The notes beneath the pieces are model-generated. The model saw only the letters and a list, made by a program, of their open reading frames with translations, made no database searches and was not told where the DNA came from. Positions 40,729 to 60,830 of a stretch of DNA of 64,000 nucleotides are shown piece by piece. The DNA is from the human T2T-CHM13v2.0 reference genome, Homo sapiens. How positions within the stretch are numbered: the first letter of the stretch is position 1; every line of letters begins with the position of its first letter. The DNA lies in NCBI RefSeq assembly GCF_009914755.1, contig NC_060925.1; one strand, given 5' to 3'. A program made the translations under genes and the position numbers.

Positions 40729-42572
40729 CTAAAAGTCCTACATTAGCAAAAATTGTGTAACAAGTAGGCAATATCCTTCAGAATCTTCTAGAGGCCGCAA
40801 TTACATTCCACAAAAGCCACTGCATATCTTTATTTATGAGTCAAAAATTATCATCTTATTTAGTTTATAGTTGCCGGGCTTTTTGTAAGTAGATCTAAAA
40901 TATAAATGTAAAAATGCAGTTTTTCTCCAGGATAGAGAAGTATAGCTAGTCTCTAGAAGCAATCATTGTTGCTACATTGTAATTTATTTTTCTTTTCTCA
41001 ATCCTTTCCTCATTGTACAACATAAAGTAGTAAGAGCATCTCTGTAAAATGGGAGTAACAGTAGCTATTTTGCACTTAACACAGTGCCTGTTACCAAATT
41101 TTAATCTCCCTTCTGTTCTCCATTTTTGTTCCTTTCACTTTTCTTTTAAGTTTTGTTGTTGTTTTTGTTATTGTTTCATGCCTGCGCTTAATCCTGTTGG
41201 TATTGTTTTAGAAATGAAGCTATTACTGAACCTGGTTTAAATAAAGACATGATGTGTTCCTTTTCATTTTTATTTATAAATGACACACCTCACACCATGA
41301 ACCTATAGGAAAAGATGGTCACTCATTTGCCTTCCGGAGGAGGAAAAGGGTTGTGAAGAATAAATAGGCCTCTTTAGCCCCCCAAACTGAGAGCCTTTAT
41401 ACTTTATACTGATTACATAAATCTGATTATGATATTTGATCTTAGAAGAAGTCTGGTAAGATTTAATTTTGATTTCACTGAAACCAGGATTTATTTTGAC
41501 ATTCCTTAAAGTAGTCAAATTAACTTTTTAAAAAGGGATAATGTTTATAAAATTTAAAATGTTCCAGGCTTGCTTGCCAAAGTAAGTCAGCTTGGCAGTC
41601 AGACAGAGTGAAGGCCTATTTTTTAGAAAGACTTCTTTGAGAGAGTTCTTCTTTTATTATAAATGAACAGATTTTAGAGTGTGCTATGCCTCAAGGAATA
41701 CATTGTACATTCTGTAATACATTTTAGAATATGAGGCTTGGTCATCTTTTACTTTAATAATGAACGTCAGAAAACAATGCCTTCTTTATTTTATAAAACT
41801 AATTAATATAAGATTTTAGAATGAAGCAAGTATATTCTTTATCCCCTTTCCATATTCGTGCTAGTTATTTAGCAGATACTGGAGAGTAAAGGGGAAAAAA
41901 AGAAATGCTTTAGGTTTTTTTCTTTTTGGTTAAAAAAAAAATTCAAAAGGTTGTAAAATGTTTGGGAAACAGTGAGACTTTAAAAAAAAATTATTATGGA
42001 TCAGTTACATGTCTAATTCCAGGAAAAAGGCACTTGTGATCTATTGCATCTTCTTTTCAAACTTAAATGGATTGTTAGGTGTAACTTAAAAGAATTTATA
42101 GAACTTAACATTTAAAGGACAATTTTGATTGCTGTAATATTCTGTGTTCTTTTCAGCAAAATTGACACTACAAAATTGTCTTTTTAAAACACAAACCAGA
42201 TATTCAACTGATTACTTGGTATTTTGGAGTTTGAAATAGAGCCTAAGGCCTGGGACCCATTCACAGTTCAATAAATATTTGTTGAATGAATGAATGATTG
42301 CCAAAAAAAATTCTCAAAATACATCTTTTTCTGTAAAAAGTTAACAAAACTTAACAACAGCAAAAACCTCATGAAGTTAGATTGGTCACTGCCATCAAAC
42401 AACTTATAGTCTAGAAGGAGAAGGATGATTTCAGCAAAAATAACCCAACTCTCTGAATGCCAAAATCAGGGTTTAGAGGGTTATGTGAGTCCTAAAGAGG
42501 GAGATGGAATCATAGGAGAGCTAAGAGAAAGTGTCATAGGAGAGGGGAGGGGCTTTTCAAAAATGAACAAAA

Positions 42573-42718
42573 GGCTGGGCCAGGCTGGCTCACACCTGTC
42601 ATCCCAGCACTTGAGGCCGAGGCAGGAGGATCACTTGAGCCCAGGAGTTCAAGACCAGCTTGGGCAACATAGTGAGACCCTGTTTATCTAAAAATAAATA
42701 AAATAAAATAAAATAAAT
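42573..42718 (+). mobile_element. Alu monomer (FLAM-like)
   Basis: Left arm plus (TAAAA)n tail; TSD aaatgaaca. Confidence 0.82.
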
Positions 42719-42934
42719 GAACAGGAGTGCAACTGCCTGAAATATAGGAACAGGAGGCCTGGAGGCACCAGGAACATGGCAATAAGTGGTGGTGGGGTGG
42801 GGTGTGGGGGCTGGGGAATGCAAGCAATCCCCTTTGTCTGGAGAAGGGCCAGAGAAGGCATCACAATACATTCTAGTTAGTCCAAGAAGATTGCTCCCAT
42901 AAAATGAATTCTGAATGCTGTGTAATCATTTTAA

Positions 42935-43229
<295 letters not shown>

Positions 43230-43246
43230 GAAGCATTTATTAAATA

Positions 43247-43476
43247 CAGATAGTCTGCAACTTAGGGTTTGAGTTATGATTTTTTGCCATTACAGTGGTG
43301 CAGAAGCAATATGCATTCGGTAGAAATTGTACTTCCGACTTTGAATTTTGATCTTTTCCTGGGCCCAGGCCCAGTGTGCTTTCAGCTGTGTATGTTGATG
43401 GTGAGTACCCATACAACCCTTCTGTTTTTCACTTTCAGTACCGTATTTAATAAATTACATGAGATATTCCATACTT
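43247..43476. mobile_element. MER47/Tigger5-like fragment
   Basis: tttgaattttgatcttttcctgggc...gagtacccatacaacc..ctgtttttcactttcagta. Confidence 0.7.
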
Positions 43477-44985
43477 TAGGGGAAGATGGAGAGGGGCCAG
43501 GAGACTGTGCCCCAGGGAGAGTCAGTCGGGGAATAACCTTTCTGTTGGCTCAACTCTGACCACCTTCAGGACATTTACCAATCTAGTGTAAGTAACTGTA
43601 AAGGAGTCAGTAGCTTATAAAACTGGTGGATGAACCCTCAGTTCCTAAATAAGACTTTTGTCTTCTCTTTGTTCATTTGTATTTTTTTGAATCTTGAAAG
43701 CAGAATACAATGAAAGACTCCAAGGCCAAATTTGATACCTTTATTCTATGTGAATATGCTGAGTTAGTTCAGTGAAATCAGTTTGTTTTCCCCATTTGAA
43801 TGGTACAGGGTTGTAATAGTTACCAAATACTTTGAGATTCAAGCCTAATGCTTTCTACAGGAATGTAAGCAATTTACTGTTTCCAAGCACTATTTTGTTG
43901 TGCTAGTAAGAAGCAAGGATGGACAGTTAGTAGATACATTCCTTCGGACCCTATTTGTGTGTCTGTGGTCACTCGGGCCTGCCCACCTCCTCTTTCCTAA
44001 AACACTGCTTTCATTATGTCACTCCTCTGCTCAGAAATCTTCCAGTTTTCCCAAATTCCATGACCTGACACTGAAAGTTTCCCTTTGATGGATGGAGTAT
44101 GTGTTGTGGGTGAGGAAAGGGTACTTCATGGAGGAAGAGTCCCCTAGCCCTGGACAGGAAGGAACAAGGTGACAGATCTCAGAGCATATTACTGTGACGG
44201 ATTTTCTCCTCAGCACTTTAGAAGTTTAGCAAGAAATCAGATTAATGACTGTCTTTGTTTCCACTTATACATAATGAGGAACTAGTAAGGTTATATATTC
44301 TGGATCTTTGTTTTTTAGGTATTAGTCTAGAACTTTATTTTGTTTTGGTTGGTTGGTTTTTTTCATTATAAAGCAATCCCTAATAAAGATTTATTTATGA
44401 AGTATGGTTTGATTGTTAAAATGTTTCTCCCTAATGCATAGGGTGAAACTCTACACTGGGCTCCAAATTGCATTGCTTTTTTTTAACCTCTTTACCCCTG
44501 ACCTCCTTCTCCCAAAGCTTAAAATTCTCACTGAGCAACATCAGTGTTTGGTGAGCGTTTTGGCTTGAGGATTGTAGACTTCATTCCAGTATTCCATGCT
44601 CTTAAGTTAGTTAAGTTTAATAAGATTTTTCTGGCTTTCTTAAGGGCTTTTCTTGGATCTCATATTAATGATTATTATTCACATCTTATTAAGAAAACTA
44701 TATATTATACTCTTATTAAGCATGTTTCATACAGGGCTCACAGCAACAGTCTGGCATGAAAAGGCTTGAGTTTAAGGGTAAGTACTTTATAATTTAGTGT
44801 AACTTTAAAATGTAACACATGGGACTGTGCTTTATAACCTCCAACTAAACCATGCAATTGTAACTTCATAGGCTAAGGAAGAATGTTTCCTTTTAACCAA
44901 AGCTTTTTCAATCATTTAAAAAGACTTTGAATTAACCTGTCATCCTTTTCAGATTTCTAATTGCTCTAAACTATTTTCTTTACTA

Positions 44986-45502
<517 letters not shown>

Positions 45503-47099
45503 CTAGCTGCCCTTTAACTAGTGATCGGCTAGGCCTTGGGACTCATCTTAAGAAGAAATAATTAATAAGAGAAAATGACGCCTCAAGATCTCTCCCCTAT
45601 TCCTGCCCAGTCTTAGATAACACAATTCCTTTCTTGTTTACTGAAATAACAAACAGTATCATTTCTTGCTTTCTACTTAGGACCAGGCTATAGTAAGAGA
45701 AAAGTTTCTTTCTAACCTAAGTTGGAACTGAAGCTGTTACATGAAAATCTGATTTGTTCCAGCTTAGATTTGTTCCAGTTTATAGGATTTTTGAGTTCAT
45801 ATGGAATTGGCAGAGACCATGTACATTATGCAGAAAACCTATTTTTGAAGGTAACATCACGTAGAAATGCCTTCTTCAGTTTTTAATTGAGATAACTGTT
45901 AAGCAGATCCAATGAGTGTGCGTTTTTGCTCTGTGGCATTACCATCAGATTGACATATTTAATTATCAGATATCTTTCTTTTGCCAAAAAGTTGTGGTTG
46001 AGTTGGCCCTGGGATTTATAAATACATGCACACAGCACATTTCTGTCATTGTTCACTGCAGTCTTTTAACACATCTTCTCAGCAATATTCTTAATGTTTC
46101 CAGCGGGAAAATTGTAAATTATTTAACCACTGAATTAGAGGTGTGTTGTTTTTTAGCTAATCAATAGCCATTGAATGCTTAAATGGGCTTTAAAGTAGAC
46201 AAAAGTAAAAGACAGCAAAGAAAATTAATCAGTAAGATTGCCCATACTCCATAGACACTTGAGCAGCTACTTTAGTCATTTTGAAATACACGCTTTATGT
46301 TTTCCCTTGGACTGGCATATTCCTGTCATTTATAAAAAGAATATACATTTGTAAATTTAAGGTGTGGACATTCATTATTGAAGGTAGAAATAGTTATAAT
46401 CATCAGTGTCTAGATATATCTGAAGAGAGGTAAATTTAACATGGTTTTAAATACGATTTTGTATTGCATAGTTTAGAAATTATATATTTTAGTCTTCTTT
46501 GGTTAAACTAAGAGATTCTGTTTAAAACTCTTGATTTAAAAGAAAAGCAATTCTTCGTCATTGTGAATTAAGTCTTTAAAATTTAGATTATATTATAGAA
46601 TATGCTTAACCAGAACATAAGTATCCCATAAAGGTTTCAAAATGGGAAAAGATGAACATTTTGAAGTCATATATTTCCTTTTCTCTCACCTGCAAATATA
46701 TAGGCTTTGCATGAACATGTAACCAGCTATATATGGCTTCTACATTAATGATGTCCTTGACTATATCAGGTCATATAAGCAATTAAGAATGTTTAGTTTT
46801 TTTTTTATCAACATTGCAATTTAGATTGCATAATATTTAAATTCTTTCTAATTCTCATCACATTATTATCTCCTTTTAGTAATTTGTGATTTTTATAACA
46901 AAGTTACCTTTCTAAGAATTTTAATAAATTTTATCATGACTATAAATTTTCCAAAATATTTTGTAATTATGAACACTCTTCCCTGAGTATAAAGAATTTT
47001 TTAAAATTATGACATGGAACTTGATTTGTGAACTGAACTTGTGTGACTAGTGAAGTAAGTGGACTTTAATGGCATAAAATTGCAATTAAAATCTATAAC

Positions 47100-47583
<484 letters not shown>

Positions 47584-47595
47584 AAAATTATTGTT

Positions 47596-51758
<4,163 letters not shown>

Positions 51759-51877
51759 GCGTTATAAAACTTAGAAGAATTCTTAGAATCTCATTTACAA
51801 GTTAATTTGGGGATTGTCTCTTTCAGGTCCTCTGCCTAAATAAAATTATCTTGATCCTTAATTAAAAAAAAAGAAAA

Positions 51878-52157
51878 GCCAGGCATATAATCCCAGGACT
51901 TTGGGAGGCTGAGGCAGGTGGATCACAAGGTCAGGAGTTCGAGACCATCCTGGCCAATATGGTGAAACCCTGTCTCTACTACAAATACAAAAATTAGCCA
52001 GGCATGGTGGTGGGCACCTGTAGTTCCAGCTACTTGGGAGCCTGAGGCAGGAGAGTCGCTTCAACCTGGGAGGCGGAGGTTGCAGCAAACCAAGATCGCA
52101 CCACTGCACTCCAGCCTGGCGACAGAGCGAGACTCTATCTCAAAAAAAAAAAAAAAA
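51878..52157 (+). mobile_element. Alu (AluS-like) with a small deletion near the 5' end
   Basis: gccaggcatataatcccagg lacks the ggtggctcacgcc segment; rest is a dimer with A tail. Confidence 0.92.
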
Positions 52158-52969
52158 GTGTTTGGAAGATTAATTAAAAAGTTACTAGTAAGTGGTAGAA
52201 TGTGGAATGAAGTTTAAGTGTGTCTGATTCGAAGCCTTCCTCTTAATCACCACTCTATGCTGTGCAAACACAAGAGAATGAAATATTTTTTGTTTTCTTG
52301 CTATAACTTTTTTTTTCGTTTCAGTAATAGCTTAAGAAACAGTTAACAAGTGCTTACTACGTAGCAGGTGCTGTGCAGGTTCAATCCTGAGATCATAGAA
52401 CTGAAATCACATGGATCACACAAATAATCGTGAGGGTATAGGTGATGGGTCATAGGCTGCCCTGGTCATTTTTAGATCATAGAAACAGCATATTCACAGT
52501 GCTACCTTGCACAGACCCTGAAGAAGAATTCCACCTAATTCCTTTAGCCTGTTTATATCATGTTGTACTTTAACACCTTACCTGGTGCAGGATACGCAGT
52601 GGGTTTTTCAGTGGGCTTTTGAAAACGCTAGTAGTAATTGGAGAAATTATCTGAACTGAATTTTCTAGTTTAAATGTTAAAGCTCTGTGTTGTCATCTTC
52701 AGGAATTTTGATGCCTTTGCTCCAGCTCCCAGGCTAACAAACACTGCTTGCTGGAAGAAAATGGAAACGGTGCAGATTTTACCCATTCTGGTTTCATGCT
52801 TCTGTCACAACTTAGTCCTCACAGCTAACTCCCAAGCACACTTCCTTCAGTAGTTTTTTTTTTCAAGTATTCTTCTATTCCATGTTAACTCAAATCATAG
52901 TTTACTCTCTTAACACCCATACATGGGCAGTAGCACCTTCTACTTTATGAAAACAGTAGAAAATTTCGC

Positions 52970-53215
52970 TGCAGTATAGCCTAGAGGTTAAGAATGTAGG
53001 CTCTGGAGTAGGCTGCCTGGGTTTGAATCCTGCCTCTTTAACTATGTGGCTTTGGGTGACTTCTTTAACCTCTCTGTGCCTTAGTTCTCCATCGGTAAAA
53101 TCTATGCCTACCTTATAGAATTATTTTAAGAATTTTAAAATATTGTAATATATGTCAAGTGCTTAGGTCAGTGTTTGGCACATAGTAAAGTCTGTAAATG
53201 TTGACTGTTGTTATT
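52970..53215 (+). mobile_element. MIR SINE
   Basis: ggttaagaatgtaggctctggag...gggtttgaatcc...aacctctctgtgcctt. Confidence 0.85.
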
Positions 53216-53683
53216 TTAAATATATTATTATACTTAATACTTTAACTTCATATGGTCTTTTTTCTTGCTAGTGCCCTGGAGTCTAACTTCTTCTGTCACC
53301 ATTACTTTCCTGGCAATGCCAGGTCAGTGACTCCTTTGACAAACTCATTTGATTTCTTCTCCTGTTTAGTTCTATAGCATGCAGTCTCTGTTTACCACCT
53401 CTTCTTAAACAGTTTTCTTTTTCTGCATTCCATGATCTTATGCTTTTCTTTCTTTTTATTCTGTGCACTGCGACCATTTCTGCCCTCTTTCACAATTAAC
53501 AGAGCCTCTTCTTTCACCCTTTCATATGACTGTCATTTCCATAATATCTCACTCAGTTTTTTTCTTACCCCCATCAACTTTTTAAAATTTCAGATCTCTA
53601 TTTCCTGTCTATATTTATCACTGTTGTGGTTATTTTTATATTCACATTAGCCTGAAGGACAGCTTTATTTAAATATTCTATCA

Positions 53684-53910
53684 AGCCAGGACGACACAGT
53701 GAGACCTCGTCTCTTAAAAAAAAATTACCTGGGCATGGTAGTACATGCCTGTGGTGCCAGCTACTTGGGAGGCTGAGGAGGGAGGGAGGATCACTTGAGC
53801 CCAAGAGATCAAGGCTGCAGTGAGCCATGAATGAGCCACTGCACTCCTGGGGAACAGAGCAAGATCTTGTCTCTAAATGGATGGATGGATGGATGGATGG
53901 ATAGATAGAG
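53684..53910 (+). mobile_element. 5'-truncated old Alu with (GGAT)n(AGAT)n tail
   Basis: Right arm; TSD atattctatca / atattctgtca. Confidence 0.85.
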
Positions 53911-54459
53911 ATATTCTGTCAAACCAAAGTATCAGAGTTAATTTTTACACTGTAGTTTTACACTGTAAATCAGTGTAATTTTTTACACTGAAGCATTTCT
54001 TTGTTTATTACACTTAAGTAAGTATACCCACTTATTGTAACTAGATATTGTTGATTCAGGTGGGAACTCAAACTTGGAAAGAAACTAAAATGTAGGGAGG
54101 CAGAATAGTATGGATTTTAAAAATAATAACCTAGGAAAAATAACATAATGACAAATAACAGTACCAGTAGTAGTTTTATTGTAGATCAGTGAAGTTTTGT
54201 TGCTCATCAGAGGCCTTCTACAGGTTATATAAGATCTATACCTCATAAGTCATTGGAAAAGGTATTTCTAAAACTTCAAGAGAAAAAAATCAATTAAATC
54301 TCATCTAGGAGTCACTCATTAATAGGATTAAAACATTACTAGGACTTCATTTTTATGTATTTTCATAAAGTTGAATTAACCTGAATTTTAACTATGTAAG
54401 GTTTTGCTTAAACTTTTATCTTTGGCTGTCTTTAAAAGGTGATCCTTTAGCCAAAACTA

Positions 54460-54650
54460 ATCTGTGGTGATAGAAGCCTGAATGTTGATTGCCTCTGGGG
54501 ACAGGGTATGATTATTGATTGGGAAGAGGCACAAGTGAGCCTTTGAGGTGCTGGGAAAAGTTGTATATTGTGATCTGAGTGGTGGTTACATAGATGTGTA
54601 CATATGTAAAAATGCATCAAACTCTACACTTTAACTTAGTGCCTTTCACT
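54460..54650 (+). mobile_element. L1M 3' end fragment
   Basis: ggtgatagaag...ttgcctctgggg...gatctgagtggtggttacatagatgtgtacatatgtaaaa. Confidence 0.7.
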
Positions 54651-56416
54651 GAAGACTTGAGTGAAATCAGAATGGTTTAAAAGAATGATGTAAGGGATTT
54701 AAGAACTCCCCCCACCACCAATCTTAAAACTTCCTTCACCCTCTTGGCCAGTCCATATACACTTGGAAGGCAGGGACAATACTCTATTAATTTTTGGATT
54801 CCTGGTATGGAGTGGGAGGGAGGATATATGCAGTTGGAGGAAAAGGGAGATGATTTCCCTTCAGGTCTGCTCTTACTAGAGATTATTAATAAACCCAATT
54901 CCACTCTGAGTTGTCACCTCACCATCTTCAAAATGTCACCATCTTCACATCAAGGGGGAATAGATCTACATATATATATATATCTACATTATATATATAC
55001 ATGTATACATATGTAGAAATATTCCCCCTTGATGTGAAGATGGCAACATTAAGCAGCATTTTGATTTCAGAATCTGAGAAGTGGAGGACTTTGTGACATG
55101 ATCACATTCTTGCACCTGTCTTCCCTTATTTGCTTTCCCAGTTGCATCTCTGTTAGCCTCTCATCTTCCTAGTTTGGTACTTAAGAGCAGAAATTGTATC
55201 TTTGATTTCTTACTGTTCAATTTTAGTGTGGAGAAGAGATGACAAAATGAATGATTTAATAATGCTGAGAAAATAAAGGGCTGTCTTTAGGCAACCCTTC
55301 TTAGGAGAGGTCATAACACATCTTTTCCATCTCTCTGTCAAAGATGGTATCTAGAAGCAAGCCAAGATTATAGAAAGATTTAAGTTTTCCATATGAAAGA
55401 GCCAGATTTAAGGCCAGGAAGAAGGAATAGAAAGGGTGATTTGAACATTTATGACAACAGAGAGCCCTTGGATTCTACATATATAAGACTTTTTCCTGCA
55501 AAATACTTCAACCTATGATGTAAGTCAGGTTCTGGGAAAACTTAGTAAGCTCAATTGACTTGGCATTGAATGTGAGTTTGCTTTGTAAGAAAGATCTATA
55601 TGCACAAGGAAAGCATACGGGAGTCTTGGTGTTCATGCATTTGTCCTGTTATGAAGTTGTTCTGAATGAACTGAAAGCCCCTTCAGGATCTTTGTTCTAG
55701 ACTCTAATTTAGCATGTGCATACCATAGAGAATTATAGTTCTTATATTTGGTTTGGGGCCCATTTAATCCTCCGGTCTTTCACTGACTAGAATTATTTTC
55801 AAGCTACAGATGCAAGAATAACACTGTAAACCCATTCTCGAAAAGGGAATTACGATCTTTTTAATGTATTCTGCCCTGGGACTTGCCTGTGTTGAAGCCA
55901 AAATGAAACAATGTGATTCTGCGAAAAGAACTGGTAGACACATCAATGGATACACTAGGAAAAATGAAACAAACTGCACAGCACACATAAAACTTCCATA
56001 AAGTCAAACTGCTTGATAACTCAGTGGGCTCCTGACTTCCACTTAGTTCCCATTCTCAAATGGGGTCAGACTAAAATTCTTTTCTTCTTACAAGCCAAGA
56101 AACCATATGCAACTCCCCTTCAGGAAATGAGGAATCAGAAAATAGATCCCCATTTTCCCACTATTCTCCTGCCCAGTTTCCCAAAACCTGGCTAACAAAA
56201 TGGGCACCAGTTAACTGAGAGATTTCTGTTACCACTGTTGTAGTTCTAGAAAGACCATCCAACTCAGAATCTACGTTCATCCCCACTGTTAATTAAACCT
56301 CAGTGAATAACTGTTACTAGATGACATGAAACTATAGCCCATACCAAGATGAATTTGGACGGTTCAGCCAGACTCTGGAAATTCAATCCCATAGCTGCAC
56401 AAGTGTGCCATGATTA

Positions 56417-56845
<429 letters not shown>

Positions 56846-56901
56846 TTATTAAGTAAGTGGAATTGGGAAAAACTAACATCTGGATCAAGGATGACTCTTT
56901 A

Positions 56902-57246
<345 letters not shown>

Positions 57247-58469
57247 CAAAGAAAAATACAAAGTGTTGAAAAAAAATTTAATGCCTATCCAAAAACCATC
57301 TTGAAAAATACCACAAACTAGGAAAACTATTTGCCACAATTGGGGATGTTTCCTAGCTTTAATTCAAGATTCTTACAAATAAATGAGAAACAAGTTGCAA
57401 TCTAACGTAACGTAGTAGTATGGTTACAATTGTGTGATATATAAGTAATGGCAAATATAATGGAACATGTGGCTACTAAAAATCATGTTTTCAGAAGATT
57501 TTAATTATATGGAAAATGCTAATCCAAAGTGATAATACTTTATGCATCTAGTGTGATCATAATTTTGTTTATATTTAATTTCTATATTTAGGCAAAAAGG
57601 AAAAATATTCAGAGAAAATAGATCAAAAAGAGTTACAATGTTTTATCTGTGTAGTAAGAATATGGGTAATTGTGTAATTTTCTGCATTTTCTTAGGCTTC
57701 AGGAAAATGTGTTAGTTTTATAATCAGAAAACAAACCAACATTAATACAGAAAATATATTCCTCATTAAAGCTTTCCTCTTCCTTTAAAAATTAAACTTT
57801 ATATTTTAGAATAGACAAAACATTAAGTGAAAAAGTCTACTAAAGGAAAATTTTTAGAATGAAAAAAGAGGGGCGTATATTGCCTTTCTGAGATAGTAAA
57901 TGAGAAACTCAGGAAAAGTACTTTGGGAAATTTTTAAATACCCCTTTTAACTTGAGCACTCTTTCGTATTTGCTCTTCTGATAAAACTCACTCGGTTGGT
58001 AAACTAGACGATTCCTGAGCAATCTCAACATGACCATCTTTAGTAACCTGGCGTTATTTCCTACAGTGTGACATGCACCAGCACGGATGTGTTATTAGTG
58101 TCACCCGTTCATCAATCTCCACCTTCATCTAAGGCAGACAGATGGAGAATTCTGCTCTGTCTTCCTAGCAAGCATTTTTGAGCTCTTTTTTTTTATTAAG
58201 CCATTTATCTAGTCATTTAAAAAGTCTGTCTCTAGCCGTTCACATAAAGAGCCGGCATTATTTTTCAAAGCATTTTAAAATACTAGTTCTTGCCTACCTT
58301 ATGGGGGGATCATTTTTATTGCCTATTCATGTGAAATATTTTAACATCAAATTTTGATTACAGGAACCTGGCTCACTAGCTTTAGCCATGCCAGAGTGTT
58401 GAAATACTTTAGGAGACTAAAATATGTGGTGATTTGAATTATCTAAAATTCCACAGGAAAATACAATAG

Positions 58470-58600
58470 AATTTCACAGCAGGAAAGGACCTTAGAAATA
58501 ATTTAATCTAACTCTCCTTATTTTACAGAGGAGACTGAAGCCAAAGAGGCTAAAACCCAAGATTAACACCCAGTTTGAAACTGGTCCTCTGATTTCTCAT
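58470..58600 (-). mobile_element. MIR fragment
   Basis: ggaaaggaccttaga...attttacagaggagactgaagcc. Confidence 0.6.
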
Positions 58601-60713
58601 TGCCGTCTTTTAAAAAATACATTATACTTAGAATTTGTTTCTAAAAGTTGTCACATAGTATTTGGGTGTCACTGGCATGTATAATAGATTCTGGAGTTGC
58701 AAACAGAATCTACACCGTGACAAATTGAATACAATGAATTTAAAGTTTTCCCTGGTTGCCCTAGTGCCAAAGTGTAAAAGGGACATTATTACAGTTTGAG
58801 GTCATGCAGCCCCAGCATCTTGTGGCTTTCCCTACTTTTCGTCAGAAAAGTCTCATTATTTCCTCAGTTTAATTATTTTAAGTTTAGTTGATTTTTTTTC
58901 TTTTCTAATCTCAGATTTTGAGAAGAAAACCTTCTAAATCAGTATTATTTTTATTAACGCTGATTGTTAGAGTTTTGCTTTGATCCTTATTAAAGCTTTT
59001 GACGATGATTTGAGTTACAAAAATTTAAATTTTAAGTTAGAGATTAAGCATGAGAAAGTTTAGATCAGGAAGAAAAATCAATTTCACTGTATATTTTTGT
59101 CCTTAAAAGCATAGCTAAAGAATTTCTATAGAAGTTTGAGGGAAATGTCTCTCCTCCTGGCCTGTAAAATGAAGATATCACAACAGCTGCAAGGTATTGG
59201 TTACACCGTTGGAGTTCATTTTGATACAGTGGATTTTTTATTATTTTTTAACCCCACACCCCCCAAGTTTTTTTTTTTTCATAGCAGGTGTGACTTTTAA
59301 CCTTCCAAACTCAACCTTGTATGATACCGAATAATTTTGTAGGGACAAAATGATCCAAGATATGTGGGAAATGAACTTAAGAAAGATTAATAATGTTTCT
59401 GTAATTTTAAGCTTAAGTAACAGTTCTTACATTGAACACAATGTAGACAAACTACAAATTGAAACTAAGCAAATGTTGGAGGAAAAGAGAATCCGCACAT
59501 TGATGAATTATGATTGTATTTATACTTTTGATCTGTGGTCTCATTGATGAAGGCCTTGTCCTGTTAACAAATGAGCAAATTTGAGATGGGATCTTAGATA
59601 TAAAATACATAATTTGAACTTACTTTCAGAAATGCAAACATATCTTCACTGAGGTTATAATTAACACAAAAACTCTTTATGCAATTTGTATAGTTTATAG
59701 TGAAAATGTGGAAAGGTTTTAGTATTTTATGTAAGATCCATAAAATTTTGAAAGTGAGAAATGTGTGTGTATCTTAATGAAGGTAATAAAATATATTTGT
59801 TGAATTAGGCTTAATGTAAGTTCCAAAATGTACTTATAAAACCGTACCCTCAACCTGTAGACTAATCTTTTGAACAACTTATTTGTGTTGTAACTCAAAT
59901 TATCACTAACTTCACTTCAGTAGATATTTTCGATTATAGTTTGAGGCACTTCTAATTGTACTTATATAATTATATAAAATATTAGACAATAGTGAACATA
60001 GAAATATGTTATAACATGCATAGGATATATAAACTTCGGTTTATCCAAAATGTCACCAGAATTATTTTCTTATAATGTCATATATATTTATGACAATAGA
60101 TGCTTATAATTTTGATTCACATATTGATAAGATTGTCAGAGGCTTTCTAAATTACTTAAAGATTATTTTCCTTTTTTTCTCTTTATTCTAGGTCACTGCA
60201 GTAGCTCCTAACCTGCTCTCCTTCCCTTTAGCATTTCCCCTAGCTAATTCATCCTACACATTGCTACCAAATCAGTCCTCCGAAAATAGTGTTTTTATCC
60301 TATCAGTTGTTACTCAAGAAACTTTAGCCACTTCCTATTTCTATTATCCACTTCAATCTCTTGCTTCCCCTCAAACAACCCCTAATCCAGTAAGTTGTGA
60401 TCCTCACTAGTCCTTCATAGTAAATCCTCACTGACTTTGCTTATAGGTATTGACACAAGGTTTGTTTCCTTTCCTTTTCTTTCTGTTTCTCTATCTGAAA
60501 CCTACTTATGTCAAACCTTAATTCTAATTCTGTTTCTTAGGTCAAGTTTCAGGGGCTATTCTTTGGACTACTCTGGTCCAATATTATCTTCCTATTCCCC
60601 ATTCATTCACGTAATGTTTGTACTGTACCTATACGTTATAATTACTTTCAGTGTATTGTTCTCTAATTTTTTCTTGTCTGGAGGTCATATTTTCCTGGCA
60701 AATTGTCCAAGAC

Positions 60714-60830
60714 AGTGGTTCAAGCTCTGACTGTGTAGTCTCTATTTCAAGACCTACTGAACCAGATCCCTGGGGAGGGGGTTGGAAATCTCTAGTTTTA
60801 GTAAGCTACCCAGGTGATTCCAGTGGTCAT
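60714..60830. mobile_element. MER5-family fragment
   Basis: cagtggttcaa...agacctactgaaccaga...ccaggtgattc. Confidence 0.6.
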
